Of a stretch of DNA of 64,000 bases, positions 1 to 9,326 are shown piece by piece. Origin of the DNA: Planctomycetota bacterium. GTDB lineage: Bacteria > Planctomycetota > Phycisphaerae > Sedimentisphaerales > Anaerobacaceae. Numbering within the stretch: the first letter of the stretch is position 1; the number at the start of each line of letters is the position of its first letter. The position numbers and the translations under genes are program-made. Below the pieces are notes generated by a model. It had not been told where the DNA came from, ran no database searches, and saw only the letters and a list, made by a program, of their open reading frames with translations. The stretch lies in NCBI GenBank assembly GCA_043811995.1, contig JBDRMP010000055.1, forward strand, positions 372 through 64,371, read 5' to 3'.

Positions 1-874
1 TCCGCTGAATGGTTTGTGCTCGTTTTATATCTGCCTGGATGCGCAAGGCATAAAACTTGAGCTGAGTATAGGCTCGCGAAAGCCGGTACGCTTTTTCCTC
101 ATTGTCATATTCCACACTCCCCACGACCATCAGAAATAAAAATACGATTCCATACAGAATAAGAGCGGCAGCCAAAAGCAACAGGAAAATTGCCCATTCG
201 CCATACAAACCTGCAAGCAATATTGACGGTGCAAGTACTATAGCTGCTAAAATCAGGCCATAGCGAGGAGCCATATTAAAAAGAGTACGGTGATCGCGGA
301 AACTTTTATTCCGCCGTTCCAGCCAGTGGACGAGATGGCTATATTTCAAAGTACAATAGCTGTATTTGACAAAGAGAACATTGTCTTGAAGGATTAAGTT
401 TGCACAGGAAAAATGAATGCTCCTTCCTTCCAGAAAAGCAGACGAAACAGAATTGCCATGTTTTTTCCTGCGAAAGCAAAGAGGTCTTTCTCGACTCTTG
501 AGAAAGACAAATAAGTATTGAATCTGATTCATTTCAAGACGTGGATCCAGGCATAACTTACGAATTCCCAATGAGACCAAATATTTCCATAGAACATGAT
601 ACAGGAGTAAGACTTCATGATCCTCAACTCCGCCAATCCAAAGCCTTTGGATGTTTCCATCAGAATCAAGGTCAATCCAGATTTCATCCTGGTTATTCTC
701 AGTTGCCAGATAAGCCGCATCAAACTCTAACCATTTAGCAAATTCGTTTACTTCCTCCCAAAGCTTTGTCCCTCGAATCTTTAAAGAGTTGTATTTATTG
801 CATAATGCATCAAAGGCACCAAGATAAACTTCGGGATCACTCTGTTCGTTTTCTTTTTTTTGAATTTGGCTCAT
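1..874 (-). CDS. membrane protein, N-terminal ~290 codons; gene continues beyond the left edge (absent from the ORF track because no stop lies in the window)
   Basis: Hand translation of the minus strand from ATG 874-872 stays open to position 1. The in-frame upstream stop is TAA at 910-908. Sequence: MSQIQKKENEQSDPEVYLGAFD...NMAPRYGLILAAIVLAPSILLAGLYGEWAIFLLLLAAALILYGIVFLFLMVVGSVEYDNEEKAYRLSRAYTQLKFYALRIQADIKRAQTIQR. Two or three hydrophobic helices near the window edge. The terminal A-x-x-IQ motif resembles the linker before PP2C/SpoIIE phosphatase domains, but that domain would lie outside the window. The region is visibly A+T-rich. Confidence 0.6.
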   Translation of the reverse strand, partial: MSQIQKKENEQSDPEVYLGAFDALCNKYNSLKIRGTKLWEEVNEFAKWLEFDAAYLATENNQDEIWIDLDSDGNIQRLWIGGVEDHEVLLLYHVLWKYLVSLGIRKLCLDPRLEMNQIQYLFVFLKSRERPLCFRRKKHGNSVSSAFLEGRSIHFSCANLILQDNVLFVKYSYCTLKYSHLVHWLERRNKSFRDHRTLFNMAPRYGLILAAIVLAPSILLAGLYGEWAIFLLLLAAALILYGIVFLFLMVVGSVEYDNEEKAYRLSRAYTQLKFYALRIQADIKRAQTIQR

Positions 875-1185
875 ACGGATCCATTCTAAAAACAACAATA
901 ACTTATTTTACGATATTTTTTCCCATGTCTGCCATTTCCCATTTAAACGCTCAAAAAATATAGTTCAGCTGGAATTTCCCATATTATAATGCCTGTCTAC
1001 GCAACCAAGATTTCTAATTCCATGATAGTATCAAAACCTTCTTTCGGTCGCAGTCGGTAAAATTTTAACGACCTTGCGGCTGTAAAAAGCGAGGAAAATC
1101 CGTACAACTATACTACAACCCAAAGGTTAAATAACGTATAAAATCGCAAAAATAGTGAATCCATAAGGTTTGTAATATCAAAGAC

Positions 1186-1515
1186 TTAAAAAATTCCCAA
1201 AGAACGCAAACATTTTATATATTCGTCGGACAAACCGGATATTTGGGCCTGACCTCTGCGGACAAGGAACTGGTCATTCAAAGTTAGTTCTATATTCATC
1301 CGGCAACTGCCTTTTGCCCAGTCCTTGTGCGGGCCGAAGTCCGATTTGGCCGTGCCCTGCCAATTGCCGACAAGCCATTTGCTCCATTCATCGTCAAGCG
1401 CCTTCGGCGGCTCAAGCGAGGGTATTTTCTCTTTGTCTTGATTCTTCTTTTGACTCATCACGCACGAGACCGTGCTAATCGCTATAGCCAGCAATATAAA
1501 AGACGTTTTTTTCAT
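1186..1515 (-). CDS. small secreted protein or lipoprotein, unknown function
   Basis: 109-aa ORF with an N-terminal signal peptide and a Cys-containing lipobox-like LLAIAISTVSC. No family recognised. Confidence 0.55.
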   Translation of the reverse strand: MKKTSFILLAIAISTVSCVMSQKKNQDKEKIPSLEPPKALDDEWSKWLVGNWQGTAKSDFGPHKDWAKGSCRMNIELTLNDQFLVRRGQAQISGLSDEYIKCLRSLGIF

Positions 1516-1634
1516 TTGAGACCTCCCGTTTATTTCAGTGAGTTATGTTCTACTGTGTTGTTAATATAACCTTTCACTCTTTGGCAGCCAAGTGTGATTT
1601 GATATTGTTACCGGCTGGTGTATAATAGGCGGCG

Positions 1635-1937
1635 ATGGAAATGCTGAAATTATTATATGAGTATTTTCCGACGGCCGTATATACGGGTAAGTGTCTTGTC
1701 TTTATAAGCGAGGACTGGCGGGTCGAGCTGACCGAACATAAAGACAGCGACTATACAAAAGGGACGGCACAGCCATCCATTATCCGCGTCAGGGTATTCA
1801 AAAAGGCGCTTAACAACGAATTCGTGCCGGGGCACTTCGAGGACTTTCAACTGCCGTCGCTTAGCGAACTGGCAGAGCAGATTGAAAAATACGTTCAGGC
1901 GGCCATCGGCGCAAACCTTCGCGAACGGCTGGAATAG
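1635..1937 (+). CDS. hypothetical protein
   Basis: 100-aa ORF directly upstream of, and co-directional with, the DUF167 gene. No motif recognised. Confidence 0.4.
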   Translation: MEMLKLLYEYFPTAVYTGKCLVFISEDWRVELTEHKDSDYTKGTAQPSIIRVRVFKKALNNEFVPGHFEDFQLPSLSELAEQIEKYVQAAIGANLRERLE

Positions 1938-1948
1938 GCCGTGAATTT

Positions 1949-2239
1949 ATGGAGCAGTTGAAAATACAACAGGCGGGTAACGCGGTGGTTTTTTCAGTCA
2001 AAGTTGTTCCGCGTTCGAGTAAAACCGCAATGGCTGGAATCCTGGGAGGAATGCTGAAAATCAAATTGGCCGCTGCTCCGGAAAAGGGCAAGGCCAACCA
2101 GTCTCTTGTCGAATTTTTAGCCGATACACTCGGCGTCAAGAAAACCGCTATCAAAATAACATCCGGCCATACCAGCCAGATTAAAACCGTCCAAATCGCA
2201 AACATATCCGTAGAATTACTTTTGAGCAAAATTTTATGA
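1949..2239 (+). CDS. DUF167 (YggU-like) family protein
   Basis: 96 aa. Pattern VKVVPRSSK...LKIKLAAAPEKGKANQSLVEFLADTLGVKKTAIKITSGHTSQIK is typical of DUF167. Its stop overlaps the next start (ATGA at 2236-2239). Confidence 0.75.
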   Translation: MEQLKIQQAGNAVVFSVKVVPRSSKTAMAGILGGMLKIKLAAAPEKGKANQSLVEFLADTLGVKKTAIKITSGHTSQIKTVQIANISVELLLSKIL

Positions 2240-3855
2240 AAACATTTTTATTCTTGATAATAAGTTCGGCCTTCGCGTGGCTCGTCAAGCCATGTTTCGC
2301 GGAAGAGCCGCTTGCAAACGCTAATCTTTCCGGCCTTTACGTTCGCTCGATTGAACAGGTGATGCGTTTACAGCCCGACCAGATTGACGTGGGTATTGCA
2401 GCTTTGATTGTGTCCGAGGCGTGGAGCGATATGGTAGCTGGGAGGCGATACCAGCAGCGGCTCGACGATATGGCGATTGAAATCCGCAGCCGACTTAAAA
2501 CCGCCAAACCCGGCGCCTCCGCGATACCCGTCATCAACGCCTACCTGTTTGACGAATTGAGATTCAGGGCCATCGACAAGGCAGACGACCCGAAAGATTT
2601 GTTTCTCCATTCCGTTATGGACAGGAAGCAGGGATACTGTCTGAGCTTATCCATACTGTATCTGGCAATCGGCGAACGGCTGGGGCTGCCTCTCTACGGC
2701 GTGGTCGTGCCTGGGCATTTCTTTGTCCGATACGACGACGGCCGGCTTCGCTTCAACATCGAAACTACCAGCAAAGGCGGCGCCGCCACCGACGATTACT
2801 ACATCCAGAAATTCAACGTGCCCGAAAACGGTTTGACAAAGCTCACCACAGGCGGTAACGCAATATATATGGTTAACCTTAACAAGCTTCAGACGCTCGG
2901 GTGCTTTTTCAATAACTTAGGCAACGTCTATAACAACATCGCCAATTACGACCAGGCGATGGCCGCCCTGCAGTGCGCCGTTCACATAAATCCGATGCTG
3001 GCCGAGTCCAGAATGAACCTCGGCAATATCTATCTGAGAAAAGACCGCGTTGATGACGCGATAGTCGAGTATCAAAATGCCGTAAAGATTAATCCTGGCG
3101 ACGCCAAGATACACAACAACCTCGGCATCTCATATCAAAGACGCGGATGGCTGGGTGACTCTCTGGCAGAACACACCGCCGCCATTCGCCTTGACCCTAA
3201 TCTCATCGACGCCTACAGGAACCTTGCGATGGCCTGTCGAAAACTAAACCGTTTGGCTGAAGCCAAAACCGCACTGGCTCAGGCCATTGCGCTTGAGCCG
3301 CAAAATGCAATGCTTCACTGTGAGCTGGCCGACGTTTACAGCCAGTCCGGCGATTGCGATGAGGCAATGTCGCGGTATGAAAAAGCGCTCGACTTGAAAC
3401 ACGACCTCGCCGAGGCGTATTTCGGCCTCGGAATCTGTTTCAACAAACTCGGGCGCAGCGATGAAGAAATCAACTCCTATCGCAAGGCGCTTGCGATTAA
3501 TCCGAATATGCTTGAGGCAATTGCAAACCTCGGCAACGCGTATTTTGCCAAAGGAATCTACAAAGCCGCTGCCGAGCAATACAGGCACGCCATCCAGATA
3601 AATCCCGACGACGCCAAGCTTCATTACAACCTCGGCGCCTCGTATTCTAACCAGGGCGAATACGAGGAAGCCGTAAAAGCCCTTCTCAAAGCCGTCGAGC
3701 TTGACCCGAAAATGGCCGACGCGCATTACTCACTGGCTTTTTCTTACTACAAGCTGAAAAACTACGATTCGGCCTTAAAGCACATCAAGACCGCAGAACA
3801 GTTGGGCGCAAAAATTGACGCATCTCTTCTCAAAGCCATCGAAAACAAAAACTGA
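2236..3855 (+). CDS. transglutaminase-like domain plus TPR-repeat protein (secreted)
   Basis: 539 aa with a signal peptide. The N-terminal block ...[39 protein letters not shown] is transglutaminase/SirB1-like. It is followed by about 8 TPR units (repeated A..Y..AI.L.P....A..NLG). Confidence 0.75.
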   Translation: MKTFLFLIISSAFAWLVKPCFAEEPLANANLSGLYVRSIEQVMRLQPDQIDVGIAALIVSEAWSDMVAGRRYQQRLDDMAIEIRSRLKTAKPGASAIPVINAYLFDELRFRAIDKADDPKDLFLHSVMDRKQGYCLSLSILYLAIGERLGLPLYGVVVPGHFFVRYDDGRLRFNIETTSKGGAATDDYYIQKFNVPENGLTKLTTGGNAIYMVNLNKLQTLGCFFNNLGNVYNNIANYDQAMAALQCAVHINPMLAESRMNLGNIYLRKDRVDDAIVEYQNAVKINPGDAKIHNNLGISYQRRGWLGDSLAEHTAAIRLDPNLIDAYRNLAMACRKLNRLAEAKTALAQAIALEPQNAMLHCELADVYSQSGDCDEAMSRYEKALDLKHDLAEAYFGLGICFNKLGRSDEEINSYRKALAINPNMLEAIANLGNAYFAKGIYKAAAEQYRHAIQINPDDAKLHYNLGASYSNQGEYEEAVKALLKAVELDPKMADAHYSLAFSYYKLKNYDSALKHIKTAEQLGAKIDASLLKAIENKN

Positions 3856-3894
3856 TAGCATCACAAAAGACCCCAATACTTTTCCCGCAAACTC

Positions 3895-3923
3895 TTGACA
3901 TTTCATCCCAAAAGGGCTTAAAT
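3895..3923 (+). promoter_or_regulatory. sigma-70-like promoter candidate for mscL
   Basis: TTGACA (3895-3900), 17-nt spacer, TTAAAT (3918-3923), about 75 nt upstream of the mscL start. Confidence 0.45.
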
Positions 3924-3998
3924 GCCCTCGCCCCGGTACAGGTTTTTAGTCATTGGCTGCTCATTAACATCAAACTAATCAATCGAAAGGAGATGTTT

Positions 3999-4403
3999 AT
4001 GAAATGGCTACAGGAATTCAAGGTGTTTGCGGTCAGGGGTAATGTTGTTGATATGGCTGTGGGTATCGTAATAGGGGCGGCGTTCGGCAAAATCGTGTCA
4101 TCGTTCGTGGCCGACGTGATTATGCCTCCGATTGGGCTGCTTATAGGCGGCGTCAATTTCAGCAGCCTTGTTGTAACGCTCAAGGACACTACAGATACGA
4201 TCCCTGCGGTGACACTCAATTACGGCAAGTTCATCCAGGCCCTTATTGATTTTGTCATCATTGCCTTCGCAATCTTCGTAGTGGTCAAGGGCATTAACGT
4301 GCTGAAGAGAAAAGAGGCCGCCAAGCCATCGGCGCCGCCTATACCGTCGGCTGAGGTTATACTGCTTACCGATATCCGAAATATCCTGCAAAAAGGACGC
4401 TAA
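3999..4403 (+). CDS. mscL: large-conductance mechanosensitive channel MscL
   Basis: [51 protein letters not shown] is the canonical MscL N-terminus. AAGGAG lies 6 nt before the ATG at 3999; the track ORF starts two codons earlier at 3993. Confidence 0.92.
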   Translation: MKWLQEFKVFAVRGNVVDMAVGIVIGAAFGKIVSSFVADVIMPPIGLLIGGVNFSSLVVTLKDTTDTIPAVTLNYGKFIQALIDFVIIAFAIFVVVKGINVLKRKEAAKPSAPPIPSAEVILLTDIRNILQKGR

Positions 4404-4562
4404 GGATTGCGCGGGCAGACGCTTTGCCGCCGTGTCACAGGAAGATATTTTGCTTGCGTTATCGGCTGGTTTGAGTAGAGTTTAGCGGTTAGTGGTCTAA
4501 CCAAAGCCAGGTGGAGCAATCGGTTATTGAAACTTAATTAAAGAGTTTTGAAAGGGGAAAAA

Positions 4563-4943
4563 ATGAACACTTTAACAAGAGTTGTATTGTGCATCGCGAT
4601 TGCCGGCTGTGTGCTCGGTTTAGCCGGATGCGGCAAGAAGGCCGATGAGAGCAAGCCAATCGCCGATGTTCAGGCCGAGGCCGCAAAAATGAACGTCGAG
4701 CAGCTTAAGGCCAAGGCAATGGAGTATAAAGACGCCTTAGTTGCCAAAAATGCCGAGATTGAGAAAGTTGCCGCCAAGCTGAAAGAAATTCCGGTCACCG
4801 AGCAGTTAGGCGCCGAGGCCAAGTCCCTGCAGGCCGATATCGCGAACCTCAGCAAGTCAGTGACTGCTCTTACTGAACGCTTCCAGATTTACTACAACAA
4901 ACTGAAAGAAACGGGCGGTGACCTGTCAGGTCTTGAAATCTAA
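4563..4943 (+). CDS. coiled-coil lipoprotein, unknown function
   Basis: Start at MNTLTRVVLCIAIAGCVLGLAGCGKK (lipobox LAGC). The remainder is an Ala/Lys/Glu-rich helical sequence. An RBS-like AAAGGGG precedes the ATG at 4563. Confidence 0.65.
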   Translation: MNTLTRVVLCIAIAGCVLGLAGCGKKADESKPIADVQAEAAKMNVEQLKAKAMEYKDALVAKNAEIEKVAAKLKEIPVTEQLGAEAKSLQADIANLSKSVTALTERFQIYYNKLKETGGDLSGLEI

Positions 4944-5062
4944 ACAACGGATTTGTCTTTTTCGCAAATTTATTGAAAGACAGTTGCAATTGGATTCTAT
5001 GCGCTGGTCCGGCATAGAACGGCCTGAAGGTTATATTTGGGGTTTTTTGAAAGGATAAGCAA

Positions 5063-6025
5063 ATGAAACCGGCAGTAAAAATACGGTCTTGGCTTGTGCT
5101 GGTATTTTTCTGTGTGATTTTTGTCGGGGTTGCAAATGTGATGGCGCAGGAAACAGCAGCGGCGGAAGCAAAGACAGGAACAGGGGCATTGGTAGATATG
5201 GCCGCCGTTCGGAGCACGTTTGACAGTGTGAAGGAATTTCTGGCAACCAAAGGCGTGGACTACGGGCTGAAAATCCTTGCGGCGATGGTGATTTTCTTAG
5301 TCGGGAAATGGCTGGCCGGGGTACTCACAAACCTAATCGGCAGGGCCATGACCAAAGCCAAGATAGAGCTGACGCTGGTGAGCTTTGTAAAGAACGTATG
5401 TTATGTAGGTCTAATAGTGTTTGTCGCCATAGCCGCTATGTCGGCTTTGGGGATTCAGACGGCGCAGTTCATAGCTGTAATTGGAGCGGCCGGTCTGGCA
5501 ATAGGGCTGGCATTACAGGGGTCGCTGGCCAACTTTGCCTCCGGGGTGCTGTTGATAATGTTCAAGCCGTTCAAGGTCGGGGATTTTGTCGAGCTGGCCG
5601 GCACAAAAGGGACGGTTCAGGCGATTCACATATTCAACACCGTGCTGGATACCCCCGACAATATCCGGGTCACCATCCCTAATGCCCAGGTTACAGGCGG
5701 AAGTATTTTGAACTATACAATAAACGGCTCGAGGCGCGTGGACCTGGTATTTGGCGTCTCATATGGCGATGATATCAACAAGGCCAAGAAGGTAATCGAA
5801 TCCGTTCTGGCCGGCGACTCGAGGATACTCAAAGAACCTGCCCCAACTGTTGCGGTTTTAGCTCTTGCTGACAGCAGCGTAAACTTTGTGTGCAGGCCGT
5901 GGGTGAAGCCGACTGATTACTGGGACGTTTACTTCGATACTACCGCCAAAGTCAAGCTCGCCCTCGAAAGCAACGGCCTGACGATACCGTTCCCACAAAG
6001 GGACGTGCACATGAAGAACCAATAA
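5063..6025 (+). CDS. mscS: small-conductance mechanosensitive channel (MscS family)
   Basis: GLALQGSLANFASGVLLIMFKPFKVGDFVELAGTKGTVQAIHIFNTVLDTPDNIRVTIPNAQV is the MscS TM3/beta-domain signature. Confidence 0.9.
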   Translation: MKPAVKIRSWLVLVFFCVIFVGVANVMAQETAAAEAKTGTGALVDMAAVRSTFDSVKEFLATKGVDYGLKILAAMVIFLVGKWLAGVLTNLIGRAMTKAKIELTLVSFVKNVCYVGLIVFVAIAAMSALGIQTAQFIAVIGAAGLAIGLALQGSLANFASGVLLIMFKPFKVGDFVELAGTKGTVQAIHIFNTVLDTPDNIRVTIPNAQVTGGSILNYTINGSRRVDLVFGVSYGDDINKAKKVIESVLAGDSRILKEPAPTVAVLALADSSVNFVCRPWVKPTDYWDVYFDTTAKVKLALESNGLTIPFPQRDVHMKNQ

Positions 6026-6055
6026 CGAGAAGGCCGCCCCAAAGGAGGTATGGTT

Positions 6056-7090
6056 ATGCATATGCGCGGAATGCTTATCATTGTTACCGTATGCTTTGTC
6101 TGGATGACGGCACCGCTGGCTGCTGACGAGGTATACTTAGTCAACGGCGACCGGATAACCGGCAAGGTTAAAACGGCATTTGATGGGAAGCTTACGATTG
6201 AGTCCGAACTGGCAGGCACATTAACCATCGACATTAACAATGTCGCAACTTTCAAGACAAGCGAGCCGGTCGAGGTCCTGCTCAAAAACGGAACCGTTTT
6301 TAAGCAACAGGTAGAGAAGGCCGATACAGGAAAATTCGCAATCGCGGGCAGTGAAACTCTAAAGGCACAGGATTTCGCCGTGGCGACCATATCGGCGATT
6401 AATCCGCCTCCAAAGCCGGTCCCGCAATGGCACGGCGTTATTTCGGGCAGTTTAGTCAGCACACACGGCAACACGAATATAAACACGCAAAGCTTTAGCG
6501 TCAACCTGACCAAGAGAACGGAAAACGACCGCTCATTGCTTGCCACCGAATACTTTTATGGCAAACAAAAGAACCCGACTACAGGCGAGGAAGAGGTGAC
6601 TCAGGACGAGTGGAAGATGCGAGGAAAATACGACTACTTTTTTACCAAGAAGATATTCGGATTTCTCGAAGGCAGGTATGAAAGAGACAGTATCGCAGAG
6701 CTTGAAAGGCGAGTAGTGGTCGGTGGAGGCGCCGGCTACCAGTGGGTCGAATCGGAATCCTTTAATTTCTCGACAGAAGCAGGTATTGCTTCACGCTATG
6801 AAAAATATTCCAACCAGACCGACAGCTCCAGTCAGCTTTCCGTTCAGCTTGGGTACCACATCGACAAAAAACTGGACAAGACGTTTACATTCATAAACGA
6901 CCTGACCTACTATCCCAGTCTGGAGCAATCTTCGGATTATCTCCTGACAACCACAGCCGAGCTTCGAGCGAAAGTCACGGAACTGATTTTCACGAACTTC
7001 AAAGTGGTGTTTGACTACGACTCTACGCCTGCTGTAGGCGCCAGCGACACAGACGTAAAATATATTTTGGGCGTCGGCGTAAAATTCTAA
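6056..7090 (+). CDS. DUF481 (YdiY-like) outer-membrane beta-barrel protein
   Basis: Signal peptide (MHMRGMLIIVTVCFVWMTAPLAADE). The C-terminal half has alternating beta-strand patterns and ends in ...YILGVGVKF (terminal aromatic residue). It resembles the YdiY/DUF481 layout. AAGGAGG lies 7 nt before the ATG at 6056. Confidence 0.7.
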   Translation: MHMRGMLIIVTVCFVWMTAPLAADEVYLVNGDRITGKVKTAFDGKLTIESELAGTLTIDINNVATFKTSEPVEVLLKNGTVFKQQVEKADTGKFAIAGSETLKAQDFAVATISAINPPPKPVPQWHGVISGSLVSTHGNTNINTQSFSVNLTKRTENDRSLLATEYFYGKQKNPTTGEEEVTQDEWKMRGKYDYFFTKKIFGFLEGRYERDSIAELERRVVVGGGAGYQWVESESFNFSTEAGIASRYEKYSNQTDSSSQLSVQLGYHIDKKLDKTFTFINDLTYYPSLEQSSDYLLTTTAELRAKVTELIFTNFKVVFDYDSTPAVGASDTDVKYILGVGVKF

Positions 7091-7256
7091 CCGACCGTAT
7101 TCGGCCTTGCGTGGTGTTTCGGCAAACACGACCGTGCCTGGTCGGAAAGGCCGGTTTTCGGCAAGATTCGCTATATGAACGCGGCGGGCCTGAAAAGAAA
7201 GTTTGACATAGACGCCTATGTGAGGAAAATAACGTCAATTGAAAGGGTGAATAACG

Positions 7257-8060
7257 ATGGCGGGTAAAAAAATAGCACTATTACTGATGCTGTTGTTGTG
7301 TGCAAGCGCTGTTGCCGAGGATGGCAACAACGCGTCACGGTCTGACGTCAACGCAACGCTGTTACTGGGTCCGGGCGCAGTAGTTTTATTAAAACCATAC
7401 GCCGGCATGCACCCAACGGTTTATCCCTACCTCGTGTCACTGTTTATTTACGACCGTTTTTATATTTCAATCGATACAGTCGGGTATCGGCTGCTTGCCA
7501 ATCGGGGGGCTTCGGCCAAGCCCGGCCGAATGTCCTGGTATTTCGACGTCATCGGCAAGTGGCGAACGGACGGCTACAATTCCGGCGACAGCGACGAGCT
7601 GGAAGGTATGCATAACCGGAATAAGACCTTCGACGTCGGCGGCGAGTTCGGCGTCTCCGGTGACTGGGGTTCTGTCACTACCTCCCTTGTGACAGATGTG
7701 CTGGGCGTGGACGATGGCCAGGAAATTCGAGTGGTATACGCCAAACCATTTAAAAATCCATTTGACGTTAATAACCTGAAAATTTCACCATCGGTGGGCC
7801 TGGCCTGGCAGAGCAAGAACCTCGTTGACTATTACTATGGCGTCCGCAGTGACGAGGTGCGCGCCGGCAGACCTGCATATGACCCGGGTCCGGCCGTAAA
7901 CTGGCTATGGGGAGTAGATGCGAACTACCGGCTCAACGACAGGTGGACCCTGCTTGCCGGTTTTACTTATTACTGGTTCGACAGTGAGATTCGCAACAGC
8001 CCGATAGTAAGCCGAAATTACGCGATTTCAATTATCGCCGGGGCAATGTACAGATTCTAA
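7257..8060 (+). CDS. mipA: MipA/OmpV family outer-membrane protein
   Basis: 267 aa with a signal peptide. C-terminus ...[27 protein letters not shown] and internal YYYGVRSDE...YDPG blocks are typical of the MltA-interacting protein family. Confidence 0.7.
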   Translation: MAGKKIALLLMLLLCASAVAEDGNNASRSDVNATLLLGPGAVVLLKPYAGMHPTVYPYLVSLFIYDRFYISIDTVGYRLLANRGASAKPGRMSWYFDVIGKWRTDGYNSGDSDELEGMHNRNKTFDVGGEFGVSGDWGSVTTSLVTDVLGVDDGQEIRVVYAKPFKNPFDVNNLKISPSVGLAWQSKNLVDYYYGVRSDEVRAGRPAYDPGPAVNWLWGVDANYRLNDRWTLLAGFTYYWFDSEIRNSPIVSRNYAISIIAGAMYRF

Positions 8061-8073
8061 AAAAGAAAAAATT

Positions 8074-8451
8074 ATGGAACTGCAGGAGTATTTTGAAAAC
8101 ACTGAAGGTATTGGAATCTTGGCGACAAGCAGCGTCGACGGTAACGTTGACCTCGCTCTCTACGCGAGGCCCTATATTATTGACGAGCACACAATTGCCT
8201 TTTCTATGCTCGAAAGGCGTTGCTTCAGCAACATCCAGTCCAATCCAAAGGCAGCATATATGTTCGTCGAGCGGGGTGAGGGTTATAAAGGCACAAGGTT
8301 ATATCTCGGAAAAATCGGCGAGGAAACCGATACTAACCGAATAAAGGAAATCAAAGAACAACATAAAAAACGATATAGCACCGAAACAGCAGACAAACAC
8401 TTGGTCTATTTCAAAATAACCGAAACCAGACCGCTTGTAGGCGGTCAATAA
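8074..8451 (+). CDS. pyridoxamine 5'-phosphate oxidase-like (split-barrel) family protein
   Basis: 125 aa. ...GILATSSVDGNVDLALYARPYIIDEHTIAF...NPKAAYMFVE matches the PNPOx-like fold pattern. Confidence 0.65.
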   Translation: MELQEYFENTEGIGILATSSVDGNVDLALYARPYIIDEHTIAFSMLERRCFSNIQSNPKAAYMFVERGEGYKGTRLYLGKIGEETDTNRIKEIKEQHKKRYSTETADKHLVYFKITETRPLVGGQ

Positions 8452-8475
8452 TACAAATTTTTGGAGGGCACAAAA

Positions 8476-9300
8476 ATGAAGGCGAAAAAGATAATCCTGA
8501 ACTTTATCGTGCTGCCGGTGGTAATTCTGCTGATTGTTCTTGTAGTAGCATTTTTTCTCGTAGGTAACTCCCTGATTAAAAAGGGCATTGAAGCGGCAGC
8601 CACCAAAACCCTCGGCGTGCCGGTCACCGTAAAGGACATAGACCTGTCGATTTTGAAAGGACAGGTCAGGATACAGGGCCTCGTCGTGGAAAATCCGCCC
8701 GGCTATGCCAATAAAAATCTGCTGGAGCTCGGCGAAGGAGTGGTCAACCTCGATATCGGCTCGCTTATGAGCGACCCAGTCAAGATACAGCTTATCAAGC
8801 TCGATGGAACAAAACTGACGATGGAGCAAAAGGGGCTTACAAATAACCTCAAGGAGATATTAGACAGATTACCCAAAGAAGGAGAGCCCGAAACAAAGCC
8901 GGCGGTCGAAGAAAAAGGCAAGGATTTGCATATCGACCGGCTGGAAATCGCCAATACAAACGTCAAGGTCAAGCTGCTGCCCATCCCCGGCAAAGTCGAT
9001 AATGTGAGCTTGAATATCGACCCGATAGTTATGGAGAACCTCGGAACCGACAAAAAGCTTCGCATAGGCACGCTTGTGGCGAAGGTCCTCGGCGCAATGG
9101 CTACCGGCGTTGCCAAACAGGGCGTCGGCCTGCTGCCTGATGATATGGTGAAAGGTATTGGCTCGGCTCTCGGCAAGACCGCCGAAATCGGCAAGGCCGC
9201 GGCGGAAGAAGGCAAAAAGGTTCTCGAAAGCACTACTGAAGCAGGCAAAGGCGTTATGGAAGGAGTAAAGGGGCTGCTTGGCGGCAAAAAGGAAGAGTAG
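8476..9300 (+). CDS. membrane-anchored protein, AsmA/DUF748-like (uncertain)
   Basis: GGAGGG RBS 8 nt before the ATG at 8476. Single N-terminal TM helix (IILNFIVLPVVILLIVLVVAFFLV), then repeated beta-rich segments and a Gly/Lys/Ala-rich tail. Confidence 0.55.
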   Translation: MKAKKIILNFIVLPVVILLIVLVVAFFLVGNSLIKKGIEAAATKTLGVPVTVKDIDLSILKGQVRIQGLVVENPPGYANKNLLELGEGVVNLDIGSLMSDPVKIQLIKLDGTKLTMEQKGLTNNLKEILDRLPKEGEPETKPAVEEKGKDLHIDRLEIANTNVKVKLLPIPGKVDNVSLNIDPIVMENLGTDKKLRIGTLVAKVLGAMATGVAKQGVGLLPDDMVKGIGSALGKTAEIGKAAAEEGKKVLESTTEAGKGVMEGVKGLLGGKKEE

Positions 9301-9326
9301 AAATAAGCAGCCGCACAGGGCGACGA

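Noticed and set aside
529-963. Track ORFs 529-723 (-), 541-738 (+) and 766-963 (+).
   Set aside because: All lie inside or out of frame with the longer open frame 874->1 on the minus strand, so they are shadow ORFs.
5308-5682. 124-aa Arg/Gly-rich ORF in an alternative frame of mscS.
   Set aside because: It is a same-strand overlapping frame within a confidently identified MscS gene, with low-complexity composition.
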